This document shows positions 8,966-18,018 of a stretch of DNA of 40,360 bases, piece by piece. The DNA is taken from the NCBI GenBank assembly GCA_038214755.1, contig JBBQRQ010000046.1, positions 1-40,360 of the forward strand, given 5' to 3'. Below the pieces are notes generated by a model. It ran no database searches, was not told the DNA's origin, and was given only the letters and a program-made list of their open reading frames with translations. Source of the stretch: Verrucomicrobiota bacterium (GTDB lineage Bacteria; Verrucomicrobiota; Verrucomicrobiia; Limisphaerales; CANJXF01). How positions within the stretch are numbered: position 1 is the stretch's first letter; every line of letters starts with the position of its first letter. The translations under genes and the position numbers were made by a program.

Positions 8966-9086
8966 TACCGCAAAGGGCGCAAAGGTATTCGCAGAGGAAC
9001 GCAGAGAGACAACTTTTCTGCGCGGCCTTTCTATTGGCCAGTTTGCTCTGCGACCTCCGCGAGGCGCCTTCGCGTCCTTTGCGTTG
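8966..9086. repeat. Inverted REP-like pair (CGCAAAG/CGCAGAG family)
   Basis: ACCGCAAAGGGCGCAAAGG..CGCAGAGGAACGCAGAG versus CTCTGCGACCTCCGCG..CCTTCGCGTCCTTTGCGTT. Confidence 0.7.
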
Positions 9087-9112
9087 AGTCCGAGCGCTCC
9101 GTCTCACGCTAC

Positions 9113-9901
9113 TCAATTTTCCATATCGGCCTGCTCCAGCACTTTGAGGATTTTATCGAACGAACTTCGGAGGTCGTTGTAGTCGCGAACGTCAACGGTG
9201 AATCGCGCACTGGCGTTCGGTCGAGAAAGGGTGTGGCCGTCCGAAAAAAGAATGTCCGCAAATTTCTGGCGATGATGAGTGCGGGATTTGACGTTGAAAC
9301 TGGCCAGGTCAGGCGGACACAGAAATAAAGTGTCGATTGCCAGCGCGCGGATGGGCAAGCCGTTACGATTTTTTCCGAGATTATCGAGCCGAAGATGCTC
9401 TGGTTCGCTGGGCGGCGTGTAGAACAATTGAGTAATTCCAGCGTGTCGATAGTAGTAGCTCGACTGGGCTTGAGCCGAACCCACCTTGGACAATTCTGCG
9501 TCCGCATCAATGATCTGATCGCTCCCTGGACAAAACAAAACTTTAGGCACTGCGGATAAATGCTGTTGCAACAAAAGGCCCAAACCCACCGGCGCGCCGC
9601 TCCGTAATGAGATCAAACTGGTGGGCGATCCGGTCGTGGGATAGAAGTCGGCTGGACTCGTGAATGGCGGGGCCGGCGGCCCGTAGGGAATCCTGCCGTT
9701 ATTTTCAGCGGAATATCCGTGAACCGCGATGCCGATTTGCCGCAGATTTGAAAGGCACGCGATACGCCGGCTTTTTTCTCGCGCTGATGCCAGCGCCGGA
9801 AGAAGCAGAGCGGCTAGAATGGCGAGGATCGCAATGACAACTAATAATTCAATGAGTGTAAAACCGCGGCGGAAGGAATTACGCGATGAAGCCGAAGTCA
9901 T
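9113..9901 (-). CDS. Prepilin-type N-terminal cleavage/methylation protein (DUF1559 / H-X9-DG-like)
   Basis: [48 protein letters not shown]. Confidence 0.9.
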   Translation of the reverse strand: MTSASSRNSFRRGFTLIELLVVIAILAILAALLLPALASAREKSRRIACLSNLRQIGIAVHGYSAENNGRIPYGPPAPPFTSPADFYPTTGSPTSLISLRSGAPVGLGLLLQQHLSAVPKVLFCPGSDQIIDADAELSKVGSAQAQSSYYYRHAGITQLFYTPPSEPEHLRLDNLGKNRNGLPIRALAIDTLFLCPPDLASFNVKSRTHHRQKFADILFSDGHTLSRPNASARFTVDVRDYNDLRSSFDKILKVLEQADMEN

Positions 9902-10008
9902 CTCTCTTTTTTAATCCGCCCCAGAATGGATGGCAAACTCGTTTCCGATAGAGCGAGACTCCGTCGAACTCTTTTTAAAAAGTTTTTGGGCATGACGAAA
10001 AAATAGGC

Positions 10009-10027
10009 CATGTCCCCGCACTCCAAA
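10009..10027 (-). repeat. Single degenerate REP of the TTTGGAGTGCGG family
   Basis: Reverse complement TTTGGAGTGCGGGGACATG closely resembles 188-206. Confidence 0.55.
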
Positions 10028-10157
10028 TGCGTCACACGGCTCCGTGGGGCTACGGCGACAACAGACTCCGCTTTTCCTTCACGGTTCGAACGCAAAAAAC
10101 TTCCACAATTTTTTTGTGGGTGCATTCCAAATGATTCGTGATTAAACCAAACGCCAC

Positions 10158-10901
10158 ATGAGCCAGCTTGCCCATCAAATCGCCGTCGTCACGGGAGCGG
10201 GCCGCGGAATCGGTCGCGCCATCGCGCTGAAATTTGCGGCGGAAGGAGCGGATGTGGTTTGTGTTTCGCGCACGGCGGAAAACTCCGAAAAAGTCGCTCG
10301 CGAAATCCGCGCGCTGGGGCGAAAATCCTGGGCTTACTCAGCCGACGTGGCCGACTCTGCTGCCGTGGCATTGATTGGAGAAAAAATTCTCACCGAGACG
10401 GGCCGCGTGGATATTTTGGTGAACAACGCCGGCGTGACTCGCGACGGATTGCTCATGCGCATGTCCGAGACCGATTGGGACACGGTGTTGAACACGAATT
10501 TGAAAGGCGCATTTTCTTTCACGAAGGCATTTTCCCGCGCCTTTATCAAACAGCGTTCCGGCCGCATCATCAATGTCGCATCGGTCGTCGGGATAATCGG
10601 CAACGCGGGGCAATGCAATTATTCCGCCAGCAAAGCGGGACTGATCGGATTCACGAAATCCATTGCTCGTGAATTGGCTTCGCGCGGCATCACCGTCAAC
10701 GCGCTGGCTCCGGGTTTTATTGAAACGGATATGACCGCAGTTTTGAACGAAGAGATGCGCGCCGAGTTGTTAAAAAAAATTCCGCTCAAGGCGTTTGGTC
10801 AGGCCGAAGACATCGCCAGCGCGGCGTTATTTTTGGCAAGCCCCGCCGCGCGTTACATCACGGGCCAAGTGCTGACAGTTGATGGGGGAATGGTGATGTG
10901 A
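10158..10901 (+). CDS. fabG: 3-oxoacyl-ACP reductase
   Basis: TGAGRGIG, NNAGVTRD, YSASKAG, PGFIETDMT, DGGMVM; adjacent to acpP. Confidence 0.95.
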   Translation: MSQLAHQIAVVTGAGRGIGRAIALKFAAEGADVVCVSRTAENSEKVAREIRALGRKSWAYSADVADSAAVALIGEKILTETGRVDILVNNAGVTRDGLLMRMSETDWDTVLNTNLKGAFSFTKAFSRAFIKQRSGRIINVASVVGIIGNAGQCNYSASKAGLIGFTKSIARELASRGITVNALAPGFIETDMTAVLNEEMRAELLKKIPLKAFGQAEDIASAALFLASPAARYITGQVLTVDGGMVM

Positions 10902-11120
10902 CTGAAAAATTTCGAGATGCCTCGCTCCACTTAAATTAAAAATTGAGGATGCAACTGAGATTCGACTGGACGAATCCGCCGAAGGCTTGGACAATCGGCT
11001 CGCTCAAAAAACGGCAATTTTTTTGCGCGAAAAGAAATAAAAAAAATTAGAAATTTCGAGACTTGACGCTTCCGGTAACGTGGGGCAAAACAAAAACAAA
11101 TTAACACGGAGAAAAAAATC

Positions 11121-11366
11121 ATGCCTGATAAATCCATTGAAGAAAGAGTCAAAAAAATCATCGTCGAGCAACTCGGCGTGAAGCCAGATCAAGTCACACC
11201 CGAAGCGAAATTCATCGAAGATTTGGGGGCCGACTCGCTCGACACCGTCGAACTCGTCATGGCGCTCGAAGAAGAGTTTGGAAACGAGATTCCCGACGAA
11301 CAGGCCGAAAAACTACAAAGCGTCGGCGATGTCATCAAATACATCGAAGACACGTCGAAGAAATAA
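11121..11366 (+). CDS. acpP: Acyl carrier protein
   Basis: [20 protein letters not shown]. Confidence 0.97.
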   Translation: MPDKSIEERVKKIIVEQLGVKPDQVTPEAKFIEDLGADSLDTVELVMALEEEFGNEIPDEQAEKLQSVGDVIKYIEDTSKK

Positions 11367-11382
11367 TCCCGCAGCAAATCTC

Positions 11383-11418
11383 AGGGCAGTCTGGCTTCCA
11401 TCCAAGCTGCCCTTTTTT
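11383..11418 (+). terminator. Rho-independent terminator after acpP
   Basis: AGGGCAGTCTGG...CCAAGCTGCCCT stem followed by a T run. Confidence 0.7.
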
Positions 11419-11493
11419 AATTTTTTTTATGAGTGTCGGGAAACCCACGGCACTTACTGTAATCATGGGTGTAGTCAATTCGGTTCTGTGCAG

Positions 11494-12123
11494 TCAAGGA
11501 ACCCGGTCCATTTGCGCTCGGACTTGGGCCACTTGCAGTTTGAGTTCTTCAACCCGCTTTTCGAGGCGCAGGCGCTTGTCTTGAAGTTGCTCCAGCCGCA
11601 CGAGCCGTCCGCCACCTCCACGTCTGCCACCGTTCGTTATCTGGTTTAACGTAGTTCTTTCCTTCTGATCCAGGACGTTTTGGCTGTCGAGGGCGGCGAT
11701 CTCGGCCAGTAGTTGCTGTTCTTTTTGTTTCAAGCTGTTTCTCAGGCTTTCCCGGTAAGCCCGCTGGCGTGCTTCGTTCACTCTGGCCTGCTGTTCTAAA
11801 AATGCAGCGGCTTTGTCCGGTTCGTAAGGATAAGTGGCCGCAAGTTGCGGTGGCAATTCCAAGCGGGAAATTTTGCGACCGCCTTTTCCGCCTTCGTAAA
11901 GGACATATACGTTCAACGGATCTGCGTTCAAGACGCGGGCGATTTTGTTAGTCTTGCCGTCGTGAATGTCGCAGCCGAGGTCTTTGTGAATTGCCGGCGC
12001 GACGGCCACTGAACTGCCGGACGAAACGGGGGCGAGGGCGGACACTGCGTCAGCACAGAGGGCGTTTGCGGCCGCCAGGAGCGGCAGCGCGAACAGCAAG
12101 TGACGGTGAAGTTTCGTTTTCAT
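11494..12123 (-). CDS. Hypothetical secreted protein with C-terminal coiled coil
   Basis: Signal peptide MKTKLHRHLLFALPLLAAANALCA; heptad-like Q/E/R/L-rich C-terminal half. Confidence 0.65.
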   Translation of the reverse strand: MKTKLHRHLLFALPLLAAANALCADAVSALAPVSSGSSVAVAPAIHKDLGCDIHDGKTNKIARVLNADPLNVYVLYEGGKGGRKISRLELPPQLAATYPYEPDKAAAFLEQQARVNEARQRAYRESLRNSLKQKEQQLLAEIAALDSQNVLDQKERTTLNQITNGGRRGGGGRLVRLEQLQDKRLRLEKRVEELKLQVAQVRAQMDRVP

Positions 12124-12388
12124 AATGTGTTCATTTGTTCGGTTTGAATTTTATGCCACGGTTAAACCTGTTTGTGGCTCAACCTCCAATGCGAAATTCC
12201 GGCGAGAAAAGTATCATGGGTAGCACAGACGACTTACCGAGGCATGGCAGGAGCGCTTTGCACGATTGGCGCGCGCCTTCCCAATGCAGCCGCTGGGTTC
12301 CGATCGGCGTGTCGCACGCACCGTTTTTTGGCGTGATACTTTTCGCCTCTGGATTTCGCATGAGATAACAGAGACCGAAAAACAATCT

Positions 12389-12658
12389 ATGAAAACCTAT
12401 TTCAAATTCACCTGCCTTTACTGTGGTCAGCACATGGAGTGCAAAATTCATTTCTGCCGCCGGCAGATTCAATGTCCGGCGTGCTCTCATCGAATCGTCA
12501 TTCCGCCCCCGCGAGAACGTTGCCAAACCAGATCGCCACTCTTGGAGCGATTTACTTGGAACACTTGGGTGCCGACGCCAATCGTCGAAGTTCTTCATCG
12601 CGATTGCAGCCGAATGACGTCGAATGCGTCCTTGGCACAGTCAGCCTTGATAGCGTAA
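12389..12658 (+). CDS. Small zinc-ribbon protein (89 aa)
   Basis: MKTYFKFTCLYCGQHM...IQCPACSHRIVIP: two CxxC pairs; stops 23 nt before the kinase ATG. Confidence 0.6.
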   Translation: MKTYFKFTCLYCGQHMECKIHFCRRQIQCPACSHRIVIPPPRERCQTRSPLLERFTWNTWVPTPIVEVLHRDCSRMTSNASLAQSALIA

Positions 12659-12681
12659 TAGAACGGCAACTCAACCAGCCT

Positions 12682-15591
12682 ATGAATCCATCCGAGGGAG
12701 AAATCTTCGAGCAGGCGCTCCAATTGCCCAACCCGGCCGAACGCGCCGCCTATCTCAAAGAAGCTATTGGTGACAACGAACCGCTTCGACAGCGCATCGA
12801 AACTTTGCTTCGCGCATCCGAGAAGGGGGGCGGATTTATGGATGAACCACCCGCCGGTATTTCAGCCAAAACCATCCTTGTGACCGCTGGCGCTACTTTA
12901 ATCGCCGAAAAGCCCGGCGATAAAATTGGTCGCTACAAACTCCGCGAGCAAATCGGCGAAGGTGGTTGCGGCGTGGTTTATGTGGCCGAACAAGAAGAGC
13001 CGGTCCGTCGTCGTGTCGCGCTCAAAGTCATTAAACTTGGCATGGATACCCGCAGCGTCATCGCCCGCTTTGAAGCCGAGCGCCAGGCCCTCGCACTCAT
13101 GGATCATCCGCACATCGCCAAAGTTTTTGACGCGGGTGCGACCGATACGGGCCGCCCGTTTTTCGTGATGGAATTGGTTCGCGGTATCAAGATCACGGAA
13201 TATTGCGACCAGAACAATCTCTCCACCGCAGAACGTCTCAAGCTCTTCATCCAGGTCTGCTCCGCCATTCAGCATGCGCATCAAAAAGGAATCATTCACC
13301 GCGACATCAAACCCTCGAACGTTCTTGTCACGCTGCACGACGGTGTGCCCGTGCCCAAGGTGATTGATTTCGGCATCGCCAAGGCGACCAACGACCAGCG
13401 GTTGACCGACAAGACGGTCTATACCGCGTTCGAGCAATTCCTCGGCACGCCCGCCTACATGAGTCCCGAACAAGCCGAGATGAGCGGACTGGACATCGAC
13501 ACGCGCAGCGACATCTACGCGCTCGGCGTGCTCCTCTACGAATTGCTCACAGGCAATCCGCCTTTTGATTCCAAGACTCTTCTGCAAGCGGGGCTCGATC
13601 AAATGCGGCGAATCATCCGGGAACAAGAACCGCAGCGCCCGAGCACGCGGCTGAGCACATTGGCCGATGCCGACTTGACCGTTGTGGCGAAACAACGCCA
13701 TGCCGAACCCGCCAAACTCACCAGTCTTATTCGCGGCGATTTGGACTGGATTGTGATGAAGGCGCTGGAGAAAGATCGAACGCGCCGGTTTGAGACCGTT
13801 AATGCGCTGGCGTTGGACGTGAAGAGGCACTTGGACAACGAACCGGTCGTGGCCTGTCCACCAAGCTCGCTTTATCGTCTCCAAAAACTTGTGCGACGAA
13901 ACCGTTCTGCTTTCGCGACGGTTACGGTTGTGACAGTGATGTTAATTGTCGGTGTGTATTTGGCGCTTTCCTTGTCGCGCAAGGAAAATCAATCACGTCA
14001 AAAAGCCATCGCCGCCGAAGAAACGCAAAATAAATTACGACTGGAAGCCAAAGCACTTTCATTGACTGATCGAGCCAAACGACTGGGGGATACCGGTGAT
14101 CCTGACGAACTGAAGGGGGCTTCATCCTTGCTGCGCGAGGCTTTGGCGATTCGGAGAAAGTTGCTTGGCAATGAGCATATGGAGGTAGCCTCCTCGCTCG
14201 ACAATTTAGTCGAGCACGGCCAACTGACAGAAGGCGAAAGCGAAGAATGTTATCGTGAGGCATTGGCGATTCGTAGGAAACTATTGGGCAAGAATCATCC
14301 CGACACTGTGCGTTCAATGGAGAATCTTGCAAGGATGCTCCGTCTTCAGAACAAATGGTCTGAGGCGGAATCTCTCTATCGTGAGATTCTGGCGATGCGA
14401 AGAAAGAACGATGCATACTACAAACCCAATGACCATGTCGCACACTATAACTTGCTTGATTCAATTGAACAGGTTGCAGTGACCTTGAACAAACAAGGTC
14501 GCCTCCCTGAGGCGGAAGCTCTCTCTCGGGAAGCTCTTGCGTTAACGAAAAATTGGCCTTACCGAAATCCCGGAGATTTGTCGCTTAGAATCACAAACCT
14601 GGTAGATCTGCTCCGACGACAAGGCAGACTCGATGAAGCCAAGACGCTCTACAACGACGTCCTGAACGATCAGAGAGAGGAATATGGGAACTGGGATCTG
14701 AGCGTGGCGTCTTCTCTTCGTACGTTGGCCGGTTTACTTCGTGAAGAAAACAAGTCAAACGAGGCCAATGTCGCGTATCAAGAAGCCTTGGCAATAGAAG
14801 AAAAGCAACTTCGCGACGGAAACCCAAAAGTGATTTCCCATCTCGAAGGGCTTGCTTCGGAATTTGCACACGAAAACAAATATGAGGAGGGAGAGCGAGT
14901 ATTTAGCGAGTTGCTGGCCCGATTTACCGGAGATAACGCTAATAGTATTAAACTGCTAAACGCGCGCGTTGAATTTTACGCTGAGCGCGGTCACTGGAAA
15001 GAAGCCGCTGAAGGTTTTGTCAAACTGATCGAACTGAATCCTCACGAGACTTGGTTTTGGTGTCACCTCGCTCCACTCTTGATTGAAGTGGGTGACTTGG
15101 ACGGCTACCGCAAACATTCTGAAGCGATGATGGCTCAATTTAGCGAAACGAACGGAGTTGACTTCGCAGGACGAACTGCAAAAGCATGTTTGCTACCTCC
15201 CGTCACAGGAAAAAACCTGATCAATGTGGTCAAGCTGGCCGACAAAATCGCCACACATGATAAAAATCCCCTTTTCGATCAATGGGCCTATTCTAGCAAA
15301 GCTTTGGCAGAATATCGTCAAGGACGATTCGCAGAGGCCGTCGAGTGGGCAAACAAGGCGTTAAACGAACCAGATGTGAACTTCCCTGAATGTAAAGTGA
15401 TGTCTCATACAATTCTGGCTATGGCTCGATACCGATTGAATCAGAATAGTGAAGCGCATATCGCTCTGGCCAAGGCCGTCGATGTCCGTAGAGAAGGTGT
15501 TTGGATTGATGAATTGATCAACCGCATTCTTCTTCGTGAAGCGCGTTTACTTATCGAAGGCAAGCCCGCAACTACTGAAACAACAAAGTGA
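12682..15591 (+). CDS. Membrane Ser/Thr protein kinase (Hanks type) with C-terminal TPR repeats
   Basis: IGEGGCGVVY, VALKVIK, HRDIKPSN, DFGIAK, GTPAYMSPEQ, SDIYALG; TM segment; kinesin-light-chain-like TPRs (REALAIRRKLLG..H); likely start MNPSEGEIF. Confidence 0.93.
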   Translation: MNPSEGEIFEQALQLPNPAERAAYLKEAIGDNEPLRQRIETLLRASEKGGGFMDEPPAGISAKTILVTAGATLIAEKPGDKIGRYKLREQIGEGGCGVVYVAEQEEPVRRRVALKVIKLGMDTRSVIARFEAERQALALMDHPHIAKVFDAGATDTGRPFFVMELVRGIKITEYCDQNNLSTAERLKLFIQVCSAIQHAHQKGIIHRDIKPSNVLVTLHDGVPVPKVIDFGIAKATNDQRLTDKTVYTAFEQFLGTPAYMSPEQAEMSGLDIDTRSDIYALGVLLYELLTGNPPFDSKTLLQAGLDQMRRIIREQEPQRPSTRLSTLADADLTVVAKQRHAEPAKLTSLIRGDLDWIVMKALEKDRTRRFETVNALALDVKRHLDNEPVVACPPSSLYRLQKLVRRNRSAFATVTVVTVMLIVGVYLALSLSRKENQSRQKAIAAEETQNKLRLEAKALSLTDRAKRLGDTGDPDELKGASSLLREALAIRRKLLGNEHMEVASSLDNLVEHGQLTEGESEECYREALAIRRKLLGKNHPDTVRSMENLARMLRLQNKWSEAESLYREILAMRRKNDAYYKPNDHVAHYNLLDSIEQVAVTLNKQGRLPEAEALSREALALTKNWPYRNPGDLSLRITNLVDLLRRQGRLDEAKTLYNDVLNDQREEYGNWDLSVASSLRTLAGLLREENKSNEANVAYQEALAIEEKQLRDGNPKVISHLEGLASEFAHENKYEEGERVFSELLARFTGDNANSIKLLNARVEFYAERGHWKEAAEGFVKLIELNPHETWFWCHLAPLLIEVGDLDGYRKHSEAMMAQFSETNGVDFAGRTAKACLLPPVTGKNLINVVKLADKIATHDKNPLFDQWAYSSKALAEYRQGRFAEAVEWANKALNEPDVNFPECKVMSHTILAMARYRLNQNSEAHIALAKAVDVRREGVWIDELINRILLREARLLIEGKPATTETTK

Positions 15592-15743
15592 GTGATGTCA
15601 CACAAATCCTCGGTGCCATGCAGCAAGGCGATCCCGAAGCCGCCGAAGAATTGTTGCCCCTAGTTTATCATGAACTACGTTGACTTGCGGCATGCAAGAT
15701 GGCCAACGAGTCGCCCGGCCAAACGCTGCAACCGACCGCGCTT
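15588..15743 (+). pseudogene. Broken 5' duplicate of the ECF sigma gene (MSDVTQILGAMQQGDPEAAEELLPLVYHELR*LAACKMANESPGQTLQPTAL)
   Basis: Collinear with the first 52 codons of 16544..17104; GTG overlaps the kinase TGA; in-frame TGA at 15681-15683; similarity ends after PTAL. Confidence 0.9.
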
Positions 15744-15796
15744 CTCGACCCAAGCGGCTGCTTGCAGCAACTGCGCGTCGCCGGTAACATTCCAAC

Positions 15797-16156
15797 ATGA
15801 AGCTGCTGTTCGAGAATCTTCCGCCGAGCCTCGCGCCGCAGCGCGAGACGCTGGCGAGTTGTCTCGAAGCAATGAACCGCGTGATGCCGTTGCGCGCGGT
15901 GTATCTCTTCGGCTCGCACGCGCGCGGCGACGCCCGACCGGACAGTGACGTGGACTTGTGCATAGTAGCGGAAGGCGCGAAAAAACAATTGGAGGCGGCG
16001 CAGGCCTTTCGTCGGGGGATGCGTCCAATCCCTTCGAAGCCGTCATTTACGCTTGTTCCCATTACGCCTGAACGCCTCGGCGAAAAGAAATCCATAGGCG
16101 ACTTTTTTTTCGCAACAATCTTGAAGGAAGGAGTATTGCTTGCCGCGCAAAACTGA
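15797..16156 (+). CDS. Minimal nucleotidyltransferase (MNT)
   Basis: VYLFGSHARGDARPDSDVDL (GS-X10-DXD); 119 aa. Confidence 0.9.
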   Translation: MKLLFENLPPSLAPQRETLASCLEAMNRVMPLRAVYLFGSHARGDARPDSDVDLCIVAEGAKKQLEAAQAFRRGMRPIPSKPSFTLVPITPERLGEKKSIGDFFFATILKEGVLLAAQN

Positions 16157-16547
16157 TTCTCTAAATCCTGCGGATTGGATTTTGATCGCCTCATCCGATA
16201 TGGAACTGGTGCGAGCGGGGGCTGAACAAGAAATCGCCTTCGCCGCCGTGCGAAGCAAGCTGGCGGAGGTGGTGGAAAAAATTCTCAAAGCAGAATTAAT
16301 TCGCCTCGGTTGGGAGCTTGAAAAGACGCATGACTTAGACCGGCTGCGGCAATGTCTGGTAGAGAAAAAATCGGATATTGTGTCGGACGCAACCGTTCTG
16401 TGCGATGGGCTGGTCGATGTTTATTTCACTGATCGCTATCCCGGGTTCGACATCGATGATCCCGACTGGCCGAAGTTGCGGACACAAGTTGAAGGCGTGA
16501 CGGTGTTGCTTGAAATCGTCAAGTCCCGCCTGCCATCACAAGGATGA
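16140..16547 (+). CDS. HEPN domain protein (MNT partner)
   Basis: W...A..D, EKILKA, KTHDL..L, RYPG; overlaps the MNT gene. Confidence 0.85.
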   Translation: MPRKTDSLNPADWILIASSDMELVRAGAEQEIAFAAVRSKLAEVVEKILKAELIRLGWELEKTHDLDRLRQCLVEKKSDIVSDATVLCDGLVDVYFTDRYPGFDIDDPDWPKLRTQVEGVTVLLEIVKSRLPSQG

Positions 16548-17104
16548 ATGACGTAACCCACATTCTCGATGCAATGAAGCAGGGCGATCCCAAGGCCGCA
16601 GAGGAATTGTTGCCGCTGGTTTATCAAGAGCTTCGTCGCCTTGCTGCGTGCAAGATGGCCAACGAATTGCCCGGCCAAACGCTGCAACCGACCGCGCTCG
16701 TGCATGAAGTCTGGCTGAGGCTCGTCGGTTCGGAGAATCCACACTTCGATGGTCGCGCTCATTTCTTCGGCGCCGCCGCTGAAGCCATGCGCCGCATCCT
16801 CATTGACAATGCCCGCCGGAAAAAGGCCATGCGCCACGGCGGCGGTCAGCACCGGATCGACATTCAGGACGTTGACCTCGCCGCTGCGGTCAAGGATGAC
16901 GAGCTACTGGCCATCAATGATGCGTTGGAAAAATTCGCAACCTTGGACAAACAGAAAGCCGAAGTCGTCAAGCTGCGTTATTTCGCGGGCTTGAGTTTCG
17001 AGGAAGTCGCCGAAGTTCTGGGAGTTTCCGTCCCAACCGCCAAGCGCTGGTGGGCATACGCGCGTGCCTGGCTGTTTCAGGAAATCAAATCCTCAGCGTC
17101 GTAG
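16544..17104 (+). CDS. ECF sigma factor of the STK-associated type (TIGR02999/ECF43-like)
   Basis: LLPLVYQELRRLA, GQTLQPTALVHE, HFFGAAAEAMRRILID.AR, VKLRYFAGL, W.YARAWL. Confidence 0.92.
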   Translation: MNDVTHILDAMKQGDPKAAEELLPLVYQELRRLAACKMANELPGQTLQPTALVHEVWLRLVGSENPHFDGRAHFFGAAAEAMRRILIDNARRKKAMRHGGGQHRIDIQDVDLAAAVKDDELLAINDALEKFATLDKQKAEVVKLRYFAGLSFEEVAEVLGVSVPTAKRWWAYARAWLFQEIKSSAS

Positions 17105-17186
17105 CAGCCGATTTAAGGAGGCTCTAACCCATGTGGGATTTCGGACCTCGGGATTTCAGAATGAGCCTCCTTACGTCGGCTGCTAC
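17101..17186. repeat. GTAG-type REP inverted pair between convergent genes
   Basis: GTAGCAGCCGATTTAAGGAGGCTC (17101-17124) versus GAGCCTCCTTACGTCGGCTGCTAC (17163-17186). Confidence 0.85.
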
Positions 17187-17192
17187 CTGAGG

Positions 17193-17747
17193 CTATTGAA
17201 TCTCCGTCAGATCGAACTCCAGCCCGGCCAAAACCACCGAGGTTAATTTGCCTTGGACTTCGGCGGCGCAATGTAGTTCATAACGGCCTTCCTTGAGCGT
17301 GAGGATTTCAAGGGATTGGTTCGCTGGATCCCCAATCCAGTATTCCTTCACGCCGAAACGGGCGTAGAGTTCTTTCTTAACGTAGCGGTCGCGGCGCACG
17401 CTGGAGGGCGAGATGAGTTCGATCAGCAGGTCGGGTGTGCCGAAGATGGCGCGTTGTTTGATGATTCCCAGGTTGGCGTTCGCAATAAAAACCAGATCGG
17501 GCTGGATGGTGTTTTCGGAATTGAAGACGACATCCACCGGCGCGAAGTAAACCTCACCCGCTTTATTCCGTCTGACAAACTGATCCACCAGGCGGAAGAT
17601 GGTTCGCGCCCAGTCCTGATGCCACATGTCCGGTGCGGGTGCCATAAGAAGATTCCCGTCAATGATTTCGTAACGCTGGTCATCGTCGAGCCGGTAATAC
17701 TCCTCGTAGGTCCAACGTTTGGCTTGTTTTTCCAGCACGGCTGCCAT
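17193..17747 (-). CDS. Uma2 family (DUF820) endonuclease-like protein
   Basis: WTYEEY, RYEIIDG, APVDV, QPDL, PDLLIELISPS, KKELYARFGVKEYWI.DP. Confidence 0.92.
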   Translation of the reverse strand: MAAVLEKQAKRWTYEEYYRLDDDQRYEIIDGNLLMAPAPDMWHQDWARTIFRLVDQFVRRNKAGEVYFAPVDVVFNSENTIQPDLVFIANANLGIIKQRAIFGTPDLLIELISPSSVRRDRYVKKELYARFGVKEYWIGDPANQSLEILTLKEGRYELHCAAEVQGKLTSVVLAGLEFDLTEIQ

Positions 17748-18018
17748 GAACCAAAGTTAACAAAGTGCGGACGCGACGGCAACGAAAGTTTTCAAGTAAA
17801 GCGCCGGCTTGCGACACCACTGCTTCTCCCGGGTAGATTAGTTTGAAGCCGACAGAATCATAGAATCCCTGCTTTGTTCCATTGTGGTCGAGCGCAAGCT
17901 TGCGCTGCCTCTGATAATCGCCTAAAACCTTCCAAACCAAACGAAGGAATGGCGATGTATAAAATCAGCGAGCGAACAAAAAGGAGTGCCTGCCAATTAC
18001 CAGCGATCAATAAAATTT

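Noticed and set aside
12143..12158. Possible sigma54 promoter TGGCATAAAATTCAAA for the 11494..12123 gene
   Set aside because: Lacks the -12 GC at the required spacing
12439..12681. 81-aa N-terminal extension of the kinase in the ORF track
   Set aside because: Overlaps the better zinc-ribbon ORF; family-like sequence begins at ATG 12682
12898..13884. 328-aa antisense ORF, and similar shadow ORFs over pilC, fabF, ROK and others
   Set aside because: Antisense to well-supported genes and without recognisable motifs
16140..16547. HEPN as a confirmed RNase toxin
   Set aside because: No R-X4-6-H motif is visible in the C-terminal region, so toxicity cannot be claimed
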